From assembly GCF_009914755.1 (NCBI RefSeq), contig NC_060947.1: a DNA stretch of 64,000 nt; one strand, written 5' to 3'. Under the pieces are notes generated by a model that saw only the letters and a list, made by a program, of their open reading frames with translations, was not told the DNA's origin and did not search any database. Position numbers and translations under genes: made by a program. This DNA comes from the human T2T-CHM13v2.0 reference genome, Homo sapiens. Position 1 is the stretch's first letter. Every line of letters begins with the position of its first letter. Of this stretch, positions 12,910-42,687 are shown in pieces.

Positions 12910-13848
12910 AGATGATAGGAGAGATGTCTGTGATGGTGGAGAGTTGTGTTTAATGAATTGGCTAAATATATCTTTTGGGTTTTTTTAATATATTTTCCAC
13001 TATTCACAATGAATTTACATAGTTTTCAAATACTGGCTTGTTTCAGGATTTGAGGTTTCTCAGATTGTGCTCTTCGGGTTTACCCTTTTTGAACCTCCAC
13101 GCACATAAGAAAAGGAATTCCGTTAATAATGTTGATTTAGCTGGATCCATTGCCTTGAAAGTGCTTCAGAAGAATTTTTTATTACAAGTTTATTTTGTTT
13201 TATCCCAACATTGACTATGTTCTCATTGAAATGAGTTGGTCGGGGTCATAACAAATTTATGATTGCTGGGTGTGCCCATATCCTACCCAGACTGGCTTAT
13301 TCCGAACCCTGGGACTGCATTCTAAGGCTTAACGTGGAAAAAATTTAGTCATATTTATCTAGTTACTAACGTTTTGTGTGAGTGTGGGGTTTTTGCCTTG
13401 ATATTTAGTTTGTCTTTATTTGCAGAAAGTTGAAAGTTAAATGCCTAAAGTCCAATCAGTCTATGCCATTAGGATAACTTGCTGCTTTTAGTGCCAACAG
13501 AAACCAAATAGTGGTCCCCCGAGGAGATGGGGTTCACTTGACTAATAGCTATATTATATGATGTGTTCTTGTTTCTAAGTTACTAGAAAAACACAGGTGG
13601 AAGTCAACATTTGATTTTGTTTGTGGTATGTTTCACTGTTCCAACCTGTTTTCCCCAAGGAGAACATTGTGGTCTTTCTTGCCCTGGGCCTTTGAGCAGG
13701 TCCTATTCCTATATTCTGGACCCTCATCTGCTCAATTGTAAACACAGTTCTCATTGTTTCTGACAGCTCAGTACCCCAGCAGAAGGCTAGTGTACACTTG
13801 TAACCAAGAATAACCCCAGATTCTTGAGGGTTAGAAGCTCAGTTATGA

Positions 13849-14110
13849 GGCCGGGCACGGTGGCTCATCCCAGCACTTTTGGGAGACCGAGGCAGGCGGA
13901 TCACCTGAGGTCAGGAGTTCAAGACCAGCCTGACCAACATAGTGAAACCTCGTCTCTACTAAAAATACAAAAATTAGCCAGGCGTCGTGGTGCATGCCTG
14001 TAGTCTCAGCTACTCAGGAGGCTGAGGCAGGAGAATCACTTGAACCTGGGAGGCGGAGGTTGCAGTGAACCAGGATCTGTACTCTGTCTCAAACAAAAAA
14101 AAAAAAAAAG
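13849..14110 (+). mobile_element. Alu (S-like)
   Basis: ggccgggcacggtggctca... with poly-A tail. Confidence 0.92.
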
Positions 14111-14528
14111 AAAGTTGTGGCAGCTACTTCTAGTACTTTGTTATCATCATCGTAGGCTCAGTGCCTGCCTCAGATGTTTAAGTCTGAACATTTTAAGAGG
14201 AGGCAAAGCAGAATAAGGAGTGAATGAAAGTAGGAGGTTGTGGCAAATTCGGTAAGCAGCATTTCAGGTCAGCCCAGTGCTCTGTGCTCATCATATCTTT
14301 GCTCCCAAGGCTCTCCACAGATAATCTTTAGCTGTCAACTCAGATTGCTGTTTGCTGTTATCTCAAGTAGCAGACAGTAACTGTTGATAGTCCTAACTTT
14401 AGGGACTTGTAATATAACAAGATAAAAATAAAAGCCTACACCTGTTATCCAAGATGAAAATAAAATCAGTTTCACTTAGCGTATCATCTAGTGAAATTTA
14501 GCGTGATGATCGCATAAAAAGATTTAGG

Positions 14529-14824
14529 TGGCCGGGCATGATGGCTCACGCCTGTAACCCCAGCCCTTTGGGAGGCCTTGAGGGGCGGATCACGAGGTCA
14601 GGAGAACGAGACCATCCTGGCCAACATGGTGAAACCCCGTCTCTACTAAAATACAAAAAATTAGCCAGGCATGGTGGCACACACCTGTGGTCCCAGTTAC
14701 ACGGGAGGCTGTGAGGCAGGGGAATCGCTTGAACCCGGGAGTCGGAGGTTGCAGTGACCCGAGATCGTGCCACTGCTCTCCAACCTGGGTGACAGAGCAG
14801 GACTCTGTCTCCAAAAAAAAAAAA
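14529..14824 (+). mobile_element. Alu with target-site duplication
   Basis: Alu dimer flanked by aaaagatttagg on both sides. Confidence 0.93.
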
Positions 14825-17800
14825 GATTTAGGCATGAGATCTTAGGCCATAGGAAAATTAATTTAATAATGTTAATTCTTAATGAAATATAAAGAGTATC
14901 AGCTATAATGTAAATAGTACAAATTTAATATTATTCCAGTGATTCTTAATGTTCATGATCTCCCTGCTTTTAGAAAGAAAAGAAACATTTCCTTTTAGGA
15001 TAACTTGGACTAGAATGGCGCTGTCTAAAATGTAGCCACAATTAAATGTAGCCACTGTGGGTATTTACCTGTAAATTTAAGCACATTAACATTTTATAGC
15101 CTCATGTGCCTACAACTTACCATACTGGACATTTTCATCTTTAGAGAAAGTTGTATTTGACAGCACTGATTTATATTATAACTCAACTGTGTTATAAAGT
15201 TCTATTATTTTTCCAATTAATTTTGAAGAACCAAAGCCTGGAGAACAATACTTGTTTTTTGGTTTTTGATTTTTTTTTAACTTTTATTTTAAGTTCAGGG
15301 GTATGTGTGCAGGTTTGTTGTATAGGTAAACTTGTCATGGGGGTTTTGTACAGATGAGGACAAGAGTTTTAACAGGCTTGTTTTGCAATGTCTTCCTAAA
15401 GACCTCTGATATAGGCTGGGATGCCTCAGACTGTACTGTCTCCATTAACTTTCAAATAATCTTGAGAAACAGTGGGAGGATTAGGAGTCCCATGGAATTG
15501 CACTAATGGCTTCAGGGTTGTCTTCAGCTACCTGGGACTGACGATTAGCCCTGGAACTGACCGCCAAGAAATGTGGGCTTTTAGTCTCCTGTGCTGATAA
15601 CTGCATGTGTATTCTATGGCTAATGGACTCAGCATCCAAGTGCCTTTTAGAGCCCTGATGCTCTAACAAGGCAATTTGTGATCCTGCGATTATCCTCAGC
15701 CAAGTCATACAGAGGGTCCCTGTGTATACACCCATCACTGCACTAAGGCCAAGGCCTACACAGATGGTCTTCAGTAACATGAGGAAACAGCACATCCCTC
15801 GTAAAAAGGGTGGTACATAGCAAGGGACCAGATAAAAAGCACATGAGGGTATAGGGCAACATTGTCCTATAGACATATAATTGAGCCACATATGTAATTC
15901 TCAGTTTTCTAATAGTCACATTAGAAAAGGGGAAAAGAAAACAGGTGAAATTAATTTTAGTAACATTTTATTTAACCCAGTATATCCAGGATATTATCAC
16001 TTTAACATGTGATCCATATAACAGTTATTACCGAGTTTACATTGTTTACCTTGCACCAAGTCTTCAAAGCCTGTTGGGTGTTTTACATTTACAGCACCAC
16101 TCATTTAGGATTGACCACGGGGGCAGCATGGAAACACCAGCGTTTGGAAAGAATGAGGAGAATGGTTAGATAAGTGAGGAGGGTTCTACTAGAAAAACAC
16201 AGGCACTTGGACACAGAAGTTTCCACTTGATGTACTGTCTTTAGCACAGGAGCACCCTGACAAAGCCGGTAATTTGGGAAAACTGAGTGGCTGAACTCAG
16301 GGGGTAAAGGGAAGTGAGAAAAGAGGACAAATGACCAAGAGGTTTTGTGTGAAGTCCGTGGCGTAGAGTTCAGAACTAGGCTAGTGGTCTGGGCAAGGCG
16401 AGGAAGAGCTAAACCTGAACGATTGTTAAAGAAAAATAATGTGATCAGTGGGGGTAATGGGAAATAAAGCAAAAAGAAGCAAACTTCTTCGGTGATATAC
16501 TTCATCTGATTCATTTGATCCACCGTAGTTGTTGAAAGCCAGCTTGCTTGCAGAGCAGTGGGGGAGGCCGATAACTAAGTGCGTGTGCATATAATTATAA
16601 CTATACCCATGTAATAATGTTGTGAAGGACAAAACCAGAATGCTGTGATTAAAAATTCAAGGGGATCATGTTATAGGAGGGTAGTCAAAGAGGAGAGGAG
16701 GTGACAATTAAGGCAATAACAGGAGCCAGTGCCAAGTGGAATGAGGGGAATGATTCCAGCAGAGGAGAAGAATCAGGAACCGAGGGGCTTGAGGCAGAAA
16801 TGAGCTTTCTACATTTGAAGAGCCCAGGGACATACAAGGAGGCTAGAGAAATAGGTGGTGCAAGCATAAAATAAATCAAACGCAGGACTAGGCATATAAA
16901 TAAGAATTAAGACCAAGTGCATCCTCACCATGAAATCTAAAGGAGTTTTCTTGCTCATCAGTGACAGATTATTGACACCTTTTTAATGACAGTGTGCCCT
17001 TCACTCATTTAAACTGTGATTGAAATAGTCACAATCTCTTCACTTTCTACATATAAGAAAAACCTGAAAATGAAGCCTCTCAGAATGCTTCGTGGTCACC
17101 TTCCTGTTTTGAGGGAAAGTATGAGAACTGCCAAGAAATCATTTCTATCTGTATTTTGTTAAAATGGTAGAAGGGGAGGGAAGAGGAAAAGAAAAGTGTG
17201 AATTTATCATTAGCAAAACAAGCCCTTGGCAAAAAGTTGGCTTCAATAGGGGGATAATGACCAAGGACCACCTCTCCCCACAGTGGGTTGGATGGTCTAG
17301 CCTAGATGGTCTTTGTTTAAAAAGGAGGAGGTGGGTAGGAGGAAAGAAACCTTCTGGAAGCTGAACTTGTAAACTCAAGGGCATAAACTGATCGTGTCAT
17401 TATGGTCATTAAAGAGCAATTGAAGGAACAGGCTCAGTTTTCTTGGGCTGGTATTTGCATGAGTCTGAGTGTTGATACTTCCCATTTCATGAATGAGATG
17501 GGGAACAATTAAGGATGACCAAGGCATCGTCTTAGGGAGCTGATCGTCACTCCAGTTCTTCCCTAGTCTTCATGGTAGACCCTGATTGAATGGCTTTGAA
17601 GAATGTGAATTCTCACATTATCAACCACAGTCTGAGTGTCTGAGGGGAAGGTGCGTAGTCTCTTTGTGTCAGGAATCTTTTAAAATATAATCAGGGCCTT
17701 TCAAGGGCTTTCTAGAAGGAATCTGCATTCCAATCAGATTTATAGTATTGAAATATTGTGCCAGTTCAAATGCATTTTTAATTTTTGGCTCCTAAATTTA

Positions 17801-18121
17801 ACAGAAAATTATTGTTCTTTTTCTGTTGTATTTTTTCTGTTTTCTGTTGTAAATCTATTATAAGGAATTCTTTCATACTAAGAAAAATGAAAACATTGGG
17901 TTCAACCTGTTGGGTATTATGCTCACTGGCTGGGGTGATAGGACTGTTGGGACCCCAAGCCTCAGTGTCACTCCATATACCAAACCTGCATGTGTACCCT
18001 TTATAGTTAAAGTTGAAATTAATTTTTTAAATTAGGTTTAAATCTCTTTAGAGATAAGAGAATACTATGTTATAGGAAGAAATAGGAAAAAAAAAGAAGA
18101 ATATTCTGAGTTTCTGCAGAC

Positions 18122-18337
18122 TGAGATTCTCACCTGGGCCACTATTGACATTTGGGGCTGGATAACGCTTTGCACTGGTGGCTTCCTCCTGTGCTTCGTA
18201 GAATATTTAGCAGCATCCCTGGCATCTATCCACTAGATGGCAGTAGCACCCTCTTCCAGTTGTGACAATGAAAAATGTCTCTAGATATTACCAAATGTCC
18301 TCTGGGGCCGTAGTCACTCTCCTTGTTGAGACCACTG
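18122..18337 (-). mobile_element. MER20-like
   Basis: cactattgacatttggggctggataac...agcagcatccctggc...ttgagaccactg. Confidence 0.8.
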
Positions 18338-19733
18338 GTCTGGATGCTCCCAAGAGAGCTCAGTGTCTATACTGCCAGGACACTTTTGCCTACCACCACA
18401 CAAAAATAAAGCCAAGGCTAAGATTTTAAACTTCCATCTTTGGGCTGCTACTGAAGCAGGAGAACTGTCGCCCCTGTAAGAGTAAACCAGAAGCAAGTTT
18501 CTGGTTTTTATGGAAACAAGAGGATGTCCCTGCCATATTCGGGGGATTTGACTGGGTGGGAGCTGCCTAGTTATTTCTCAAATCCTTCGACCCATTCTTA
18601 GTGGTGGGGCAAGATGCAGAGGGTCATTGGTAATGATTTCTCTCAATTCATGTTTCTCCTAGTTTTCCTATTGTCCTTGATTCTACCCATCCATGGTACT
18701 TCTAAAGGACAGGGAAATGGACCACCCCAAACTGATATACATTGGTTCTGCTCATCACACATGGGGATCTCAACAGGCCAATCTGTGTTACCAGCAAGTC
18801 TACTGATACTTACCAGGGACTTGCTACAGAGACCTGGTGCTTGACTCTGGAAGAAAATCAGCATCAGCAATGTCTTCAGTGCCTATGGAGGATGAATTGT
18901 ATGTGTACACCTTAATAGATAATCTCCACATCCCTGTGACACACTGCAACCTCCAGGGACCTTAGCAATGCCGATGTTCTACCCAGGTTTTGCAGGATGG
19001 CTGCCTGGTCCTCAGAGTTTGCTTACATAGGAGGTGAACTCAACTCAGCACGCACAGTTATGTGGGGCGAGCATCTTATGGGATGCAGGCTACACAAGTC
19101 TTTTTTTCTACCAGCCAACCAGTTAAACACTGACAATACTTGATTGAACATTTCCTTTCTCAAAGTTCTTCCATTTCTTTCTTTTTTTTTTAAATGAGTC
19201 TGTTATTGAAAATCGAATTAGTTTGTCTTTGTATTTAGAGCTAGTTTGGGGGCTTGGGGCTTGGGAAATTCTCAAAGAAGAAAAGAAACTCATTTATGAA
19301 TACCTATTTCCACATGGCGCTAATCTCCATGCATTTTACTGTTATCACAGGACTGATTGCACTTGGTTTAGGTGAGCTTAGTAGGCAGACTGAGACGAGT
19401 TGGGTTTTCAAGATGGCAGAATGCTGTTTTTCTGCACAGTGCTTTCTGACTTGTCTTTAGCCTTTGCTTTAGTCAGCTGCTTAAGGCCCTGAATGGCTAA
19501 TTGCTAAAGCTCTTAGTTCCCATTAGCCTTGACAGGGTCTCCAGAAGTGGAATTGCCTCATGTGTGATGCTAGATAGTAGACAGTCTTGATAATAGCCTG
19601 ACCTGCTTTCTCCTAGTGCATCCACTCTGGGAGAGCGTGGACCTGGTTCCTGGGGGCGATCGACAGTCACCCATCAACATTCGGTGGAGGGACAGTGTTT
19701 ATGATCCCGGCTTAAAACCACTGACCATCTCTT

Positions 19734-34144
<14,411 letters not shown>

Positions 34145-34650
34145 CCGTGAAAATCGCCCCGCCAGAGAGCAGAGGAAGCCCGACGCCCAGGCCATCTGCC
34201 TTCAGGTCTGTGATGAGAAACGGAGTGGCCTGTTCCGTTGTGCCCAGGTCTAGGCCGCTGAGCAGAGCCCTCACTCCCAGGCAGAGTTGTCTGAATCCTT
34301 CCTGGCGGCCGCCTGCTGCCCTGACGCCTCAGGCTTGCCTGCACCTGGAAGGAGCTTCGCCAGGTGGGCCATGAGCCTCTGAGCACACCCAGCCTGCTGC
34401 CCGGCTCCAAGAGTCAGGCCCCTGCCACCACCTCCTGAGCCTCCAGCCCTCAGCACCTTCACCCTACTGACCGCGGTTCTACCCCCACACCAGCCACCGG
34501 CCCCACCGGGGCACTTCCCACTGCTCCAGCCGACCACTCAGCGAGCCCCAGGCCCACCTCTCCTCTCCCTTAAAGCCCTTCCCTTGCCCTTGCCCATTCG
34601 CTCCTGCCTTCTCCCTGGGGACAGGAGGCATGCTTCTCCCCAGTTTCCGC

Positions 34651-34656
34651 AATAAA
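34651..34656 (+). terminator. Polyadenylation signal AATAAA
   Basis: AATAAA at the end of the GC-rich terminal exon, followed by T-rich sequence. Confidence 0.65.
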
Positions 34657-34730
34657 ATATTTGTTGTTAATAATAATAGATGTCTTTATTATCATAGAGA
34701 TTGTCATATTCTTTCTTTCAAAGACGACAC

Positions 34731-34985
34731 CATGGTTTCTCCAGCTTGGCACTACTACTTGGGCCAGATGGTTCTTTCTTGGTGGGGGGGGGAGGGGGGA
34801 GGGGAAGGGGGAGGGAGGAGCGGGAAGCTGTCTTGTGCATTGCAGGGCCTTAGCAACATCCCTGGCCTCTCACTTCTAGGTGCCAGCAGCACACTCACAG
34901 TCCTATCAAAAATGGCTCCAGGCGTTGCCAAATACTCCCTGGGAGGGTAGAGAGGTCAAAAGTCATACTGGTGGAGAACCACTGA
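34731..34985 (-). mobile_element. MER20-like with internal G-run expansion
   Basis: catggtttctccagcttggcactact...agcaacatccctggcctct...gagaaccactg. Confidence 0.75.
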
Positions 34986-35532
34986 GGAACAGTGACCTCT
35001 ACTGGCAGAAACAGGCAAGCCTAGTCCCCCAAAATGTGCGGTTTTCTAATACATATCAAAGACGTAGGGACAAACCAAATGAAGTGGCGCATGCTGGACA
35101 GAAAACATTTTCACCAGTTTTCTAGAATGCTTGGGGTGTGAATGATTCCTGTGGTCTGGTCTTACTAGCAATCAGGAAATGCAAAATTGTTACAAATGAG
35201 CTACTATTTTAAACGTTTCAAATTGGCAACAATTTAAAAGTTAAATAATACCAAGGGCTGGTAAAGACGCATGGAATTGGAATCCCAGGTGACGCTGTGG
35301 AAGCAAGGAGTCCAGCCACTCTGGAATGGCATTTGGAAGTGATTCCCAGAACAGAAAACGCAGCTACCAGAAACCCTGTGGCACACATACACAGACACTG
35401 GTGAGGATGTTCTTTGCGGCACTCGTCACCATAGCAGAGAATTGGAACAACCCAAATGTTTATCAGTACGGGACTAAAGTAAATATAGTATATGCTGTCG
35501 AGGGAATACTGTTCCACAGATTAAAGGAAAGA

Positions 35533-36363
<831 letters not shown>

Positions 36364-38683
36364 GCTAAGAGCTACTTTTTTTTTAAAAAAAGGATAAATC
36401 TCAAAAGTACTTTCAAATGAAAAAGATTGGAAGTATTTTGTGTAGCACAATGCCATTTATTCAAATAATATATTTTATTACATAATATAGTGCTTATAAT
36501 TTAATTCATATTTATATTTTATTTATATACTTATATAGCAATTGTTCATTATATATGAATTAAAATATTCATAAAATTGAGGTATTTTGAAATCTTAATA
36601 TGTAATATATTCTATATTAAGTTTAATATAAAGATTTCATCATATAAATTATATAAAAAATATAAGATATTATTTCTGGCATGATAGAGGAGGCCAGAAA
36701 CCAGGTAGGAGGTAATTTGGATACCTTACCCATATTGTTATTTTTATCTAAAGCCTCTTTAAATACTGTTCAAACATGAATCACATGGTATTCCCCTTTA
36801 GAGAGTCATAGAATATAGCCATAAACTAAAGCAGATTCCCTTCTCATGGAGCTTGCTGTCTAAGGGGTTGGAGACAGACGATAAACAAGTAAGTAAATGC
36901 ATACACTGCATGCTGGTGGAGGGCAGGAAGGCAAGTGCTATAAAGAAAAATAGGGAGGGTTGCATTAAACTCTCAACCCAACTGGGGCCCCACATACTCT
37001 CCTTGTCCCAATTACCATGGAATGACACTCTTACTATGTATGCAAGTTCATCAAATATTTCAGTGTTTTCTTTGGTGGCAACTCATACTTTAATAGAGTA
37101 CCACACAAATAAAATGAAGATACTTTATCTACTTAGAAATAAAGATTCCCATAAGATTTAAATTGTTGCTGAAAATATTAAACCTTACATTTTCAATGGA
37201 GACAGTTTTGGTTACACACAAAAAGTCCTGGACTGAAGCTCTAAAAATCTAGCTTTTAGTCTGAAATTTTCCACTCCCCCATCTCTGTGATTGACAAGGC
37301 ATTGCAATGTGAATGAGGTACAAGAAGGGGCTTGGGTTCTGTGTGCATCAATGGTGACACTTTTGGCATTTTGGGTGGGGTACTCCTTGTTATGTAGGAC
37401 TGTCCTGAGCCTTAGACAACATTAATTATTTGTCTAAGGCTCAGGACAGTCCCACATAATTAATCCCCACCCTCTAAATACCATAGCACTCTCCAGTCAT
37501 GGATATAGCTCCAAAACAACCCCTCAACATTTCTGGATGCTGAGGCAAGAAAGACTTCTAAATCTTTGACATTTATTTTCACACTCCACTTGCCTGCTTC
37601 TTGCCAAAAATTTTCTAACAACCATCTATAGTTATTCAGCAAGGGCTGGTAATTATTCATTCATTTATTTGGGCTTCATATTACTTTCTTATTTTTTTCA
37701 TATTGCTTTCTTCTTGTGAATTATTTCACTTTTAGAAATTTTATTCTTTGTATAGTTTTAGAGTTTACACAATAATTAGTTCTTTGAAATGCTGTCTTGC
37801 TCATTTGACGTAGCTTTTTGTGGGCGTTAACCCCAAAGCTGCTTTCCACAAGACACATCTGAGCTGTCAGTTGTATTAAAATATAATAGTGAGTGTGTGA
37901 TAACACAAGTCCATAAATTGCTTGACACTCCTCCCTCCAGAAGTGAAGCTTAGGTCTCCTCCCCTAAGTATAAGGGTTTAGAGATTCCCTTCTGACAGTT
38001 ACAGTTTGGAAAGGGAAACTTGACAGGCACCACGTGATCCAAGGGATCAAGGTGAACTTAACAGTGATGTCATGTGCATATCAGGGACCCTGACACCATA
38101 TGCTGAGAAGGGCACTTCACCTCATTTTCTTCTCCAATAATCACTGTGTTCTGGCTAAATTATGAGAAAACAGCAGATAATATCCCGTTGAGAACTTTTA
38201 CAAAATACCCAGTCAACCCTCTTCAGAAGCACCAAGGTCATGAAAAACAAGGAAAGACTGAGAAACACAGAGTTGGGAAGACTAAGGAGAAGGAGATCTA
38301 ATCGCCTATTGTAATGGATGCATCCTGGTTAGGTATAATAATAGCATTAGGGGAACTGGGTGAAGGGGCCAGAGCAGGCTTTCACAACCTCAACATTTGG
38401 GGCCACCTCATTGCTGAGGGAACCATCCTATGCTTTGTAGGAAGTTTACCAGCATCCCTGGCCTGCACATGCCAGCAGTACATCCCTTTCACCATAGCCC
38501 CCTACCTGGCCAAATAGTGAACCCAACAGTAAGTACCTCTGTATAGTTCCAAATGTTCTGGGGTGGGGAAAGGGCACAAATTGCCCCAGGTTCAGAACCG
38601 TTGTTACACAGGAACTCTATCTCTGCAACTATTTTTTGAATCTAAAGTTATTTTAAATTATGACATATATATGTATATGTATT

Positions 38684-39343
38684 GATATGGTTTGGCTTTG
38701 TGTCCCCACCCAAATCTCATCTCAAATTGTAATCCCCATGTGTCAGGGGAGAGACCTGGTGGGAGGTGATTGGATCAGGGGACAGTTTCCCCCATGCTGT
38801 TCTCATAATAGTGAGTTCTCATGAGATCTGATGGTTTTTTGTTTGTTTGTTTGTTTTTGGTTATTGGTTTATTTGGCTGGAGTGCCTTGGTGTGATCTTG
38901 GCTCACTGCAACTTCCGTCTCCCAGTTTCAAGCAATTCTTCTGCCACAGCCTCCCAAGTATCTGGGACTACAGGTGCATGCCACCATGTGTGGCTAATTT
39001 TTTTATTTTTAGTAGAGACAGGGTTTCACCATGTTGGTCAGGCTTGTCTCGAACTCCTGACCTCAGGTGTTCCACCCTCCTCGGCCTCCCAAAGTGCTAG
39101 GGTTACAGGTGTAAGCCAAAATGCCCAGCCAGACCCTATGGTTTTAAAAGGGGCTCTTCCCCCTTCCCTCGCCTGCCACCATGTAAAAACGTGGCTTTGC
39201 CTCTCTCTCGCCTTCCACCACAATTGTAAGTTTCCTGAGGCTTCCCCAGCCATGTGGAACTGTGAGTCAATTAAACCTCCTTCCTTTGTAAAATACCCAG
39301 TTTCAGGTGGCTCTTTATAGCAGTGTGAGAACGGACTAATGCA
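38684..39343 (+). mobile_element. MST/THE1-like MaLR LTR with internal antisense Alu (~38835-39130)
   Basis: tgatatggtttggctttgtgtccccacccaaatctcatc...gaactgtgagtcaattaaacctc...ggactaatgca. Confidence 0.88.
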
Positions 39344-39556
39344 TGTGTATATCTATAAATTGATATATAGATGTATTTTAGCAAGAGCTAAGCAGTTATT
39401 GAAAAAGTTGCCTAGGCACTATAAATTAAACTACAGATAATGACATAAACCACTGGATAAATTACAAGTTCTGATTGGCATCATTGATAATGACATAACA
39501 GCTAGAAATATACTTTGAAAATAGTGAGATATATTCAAATGCAAGATATTGGCACC

Positions 39557-39893
<337 letters not shown>

Positions 39894-42305
39894 TTAGTAA
39901 TTATTCAAAATTTTAAAAACTTGGCTTTTTTCTAGATGTCCAATGCACTGTCCATTGCATGACAGAGCCAAAACTTAGCTTTTTTCTACATTCACATGTT
40001 TCATATGTTTGTTATTATGCCATCCACTATACTAATGCCTTAAGTAGCACCATTTCTGTCATTTCTTACAGGATTGGCATTAGGAAAAAAGGTGAATAGT
40101 TTTACTTGCTTAGGGTCTTTAATGGAAGAATACTAAACATCCCTCCTACATTATGGTGCTGCCAAGAGTAGTAAAATCTCAGATTTTAAGAAAACAAAAA
40201 AGTTACTTTGGGCTCAATAAATAGCAGTCATAAAAATATACCTTTAGAGATGTGTTTATATTTTGTTCACATACATGCAGTTGAACTAGGAATTAATAAG
40301 CCCACTTCCCACAGTAGCAATGTTGTGGGAAGGGGGCCAGGGGAAAGCCTAGCCCTGCTCTGAAAGCAGCAAAGGCTGTATATGAAGATGGAGACACACT
40401 CTGGGCTGGTGCTTCCTACTTGCTTGGATGATGCTTTCAGAAACTAACTGACGTCTTGGCCTCCCCAAGAGTAAGAAACCGAGGTCCAACAAGAGCTAAC
40501 ACCCAGGCAACAGGGAACTGCTTCTACTCTGGCCATTGTGTGCCAAATCCACCATGGGAGCATCCTCCTATGGGACTGAGGTGAAAAAGAGAAAGAAATT
40601 GTGGGCGGGGGTGGGGGTGGGTGGGACACTGTTTTCTTGCATCCACTGCACCTCAATAGACAGGCCTCTGGTTTAAGAGTCAGGATGTTAAACATGCTTC
40701 ATTCACTCACAACTATTTACTAAGAGCTAACCTTGATTAGCCAGTATGGTTAGGAAAAGAGTTCCTACTACAGCGGCCTTTAGATTCCATGCCCCATCCC
40801 ATGCAGAAATTTAGTGATGCTAAGACTCTTGAAAACCAAGACCAGAGTCTTGAGCCCACCAGAGCATTAAATACCAAAGTGGAAGCCAGTAACCCCCACG
40901 GTGGCAGAATTTGCACATAGTTCCATGCCCTATGTGAGAATAGACCCAGGACATGGGGAGGACAAAGAGCTTCTAGATTTCACATGGCTTGTCTGCATTC
41001 TTTGTCAGGAGGGTCTCTAATCCCTGCCCTGATTTGAACTTCATGGCCTCCAAGCAAAGAGCACCTATTTTAATTTGATCAGTTGCAGGGTCACTAGGGA
41101 GACTATCAAATACTTTGTCCATCAGCAACAAATAGATTTCTTTGTTCCCTGGGACATGAGAACATGAGACCCAAGTCTTTCCTGTGCAGTGAGCCCCTGT
41201 ATTCCTGAAGCTTGGCCCATGTGGGTCACTCAGTAAGTGACTGTGAAATGAGTGGATGGATGACAAAAGGTTAACATCTCGCTGTTTCTGGAATTTTTCC
41301 CCAAGAGACCCTGTCAAACATTTAGTTGGGTAGGAGCTGCATTAATAAGAGAGGGAAGAAGGAAGAGAGATTACTTCCTTAAAACTTCCCCTACCCGGAT
41401 ACAAATATTCAGAGACACATCATAACAAAAACTATAGTGAAAGGAGAATCCTGAATATACTGTAGATTGAGGTAGCCAAAAGGAATTGTAAACATAAAGC
41501 GAGAAAATTTGTGCTAAAAGAGAAGTCACATGAAGAACACAGCTCAGTAGTTAACTTCTTTAGCTATCAAAGGATAGACATTTCTTCTCATTATAAATTT
41601 TGTACAACTAGTGACTTCATGGTCTTTCTTCCAAATGTCACTACATTGAATGTCCTCCAAGATTTTCAGAGAATGAAAAATTAACCAACAAGCACTTGTT
41701 CAGCTGGACATGTCTTTAATAAACAAACCAAAGTACCATTAGTGTAACTAAATAGAAATCCTGCATTTTCAAGGTGTTAAATATAGATGAGTCTGATGAA
41801 TTCACTTCAGTAATCATTTTGACCAGTGTTTTTACCAAGAAATTATATTAACTCAGACACAAATGTCTTCTTTAAGCAAGTCGCGAAAAAGAGGTAAAAG
41901 TGTTTACTCTCCTTCCTCAAGTGTGGGAAGCCCTGGTCTGAAGGTTTCTCTAAGAATTGGCTCCACTGCCATTTTTCATCAATGGCGCTAGACAGGGCCA
42001 ACTGCCTCCAAAGAGTAGTAAGAATTGGGCTCTTGTTTTTGGAAATCAAAAGAACTAAATAGGCACTGGGCTGCTGTTTTACAAGCACAAGACTGTTAAT
42101 CCCCTTACCTTGGATACAGCAGCACATTGTTCCTTTTTAGATCACAAGATTCATCCTTGAATAATTAGGTAGAGGCAGAAATCCATTATATATCCTACAC
42201 CATTTAGCTCAGAAAAAGAAAGCCATGCCTGAGCTAGACCTCTACCTCTCTTGCTAAAAATGATAAATTATCTAAAAGCCGACATTTGAGTAAACTAAGC
42301 AGATG

Positions 42306-42456
42306 AATTTCCCAGTTGACCTGAGAAATAGTCAGGGGCTGTAGATAAATAAGAGAAGGAAGGAGAGAGAAAATTTCCCAGTTGACCTGGGAAATAGTCA
42401 GGGGCTGTAGATAAATAAGGAAGGAGAGAGAAAATTTCCCAGTTGACCTGGGAAAT
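42306..42456. repeat. Tandem repeat, 61-66 bp unit, ~2.4 copies, palindromic core
   Basis: aatttcccagttgacctg(a/g)gaaat starts at 42306, 42372 and 42433. Confidence 0.93.
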
Positions 42457-42687
42457 GGAGTAAACGTTATAGCTTCCTTAGAAATTACTTTCAACATTGT
42501 AAAATCCTTGTGACATCATTTTAGTAGATCTGGCCTAAATCTTATAATTAGTTGAAACACCCAGTTTTTCAACCAATAACTGCAGAGTTGACATTTCCTA
42601 TGTAAGTCCCAAGAAAACCTCAAATAGAATAACCTATAGATATTAGAGCATTCTTCTATCAACTAAGTTTTTTCATCTACCATTCTA

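Noticed and set aside
36440-36680. Extremely AT-rich tract
   Set aside because: Low-complexity sequence without a clear unit; no function supportable.
40630-40680. ctgcacctcaatag, faintly like CLTRN exon 4
   Set aside because: Match too short to support by eye; CLTRN exons 3 onward were not identified.
42306-42456. CRISPR-like array of palindromic repeats
   Set aside because: Linkers are near-identical rather than unique spacers, there are no cas genes, and the DNA is primate.
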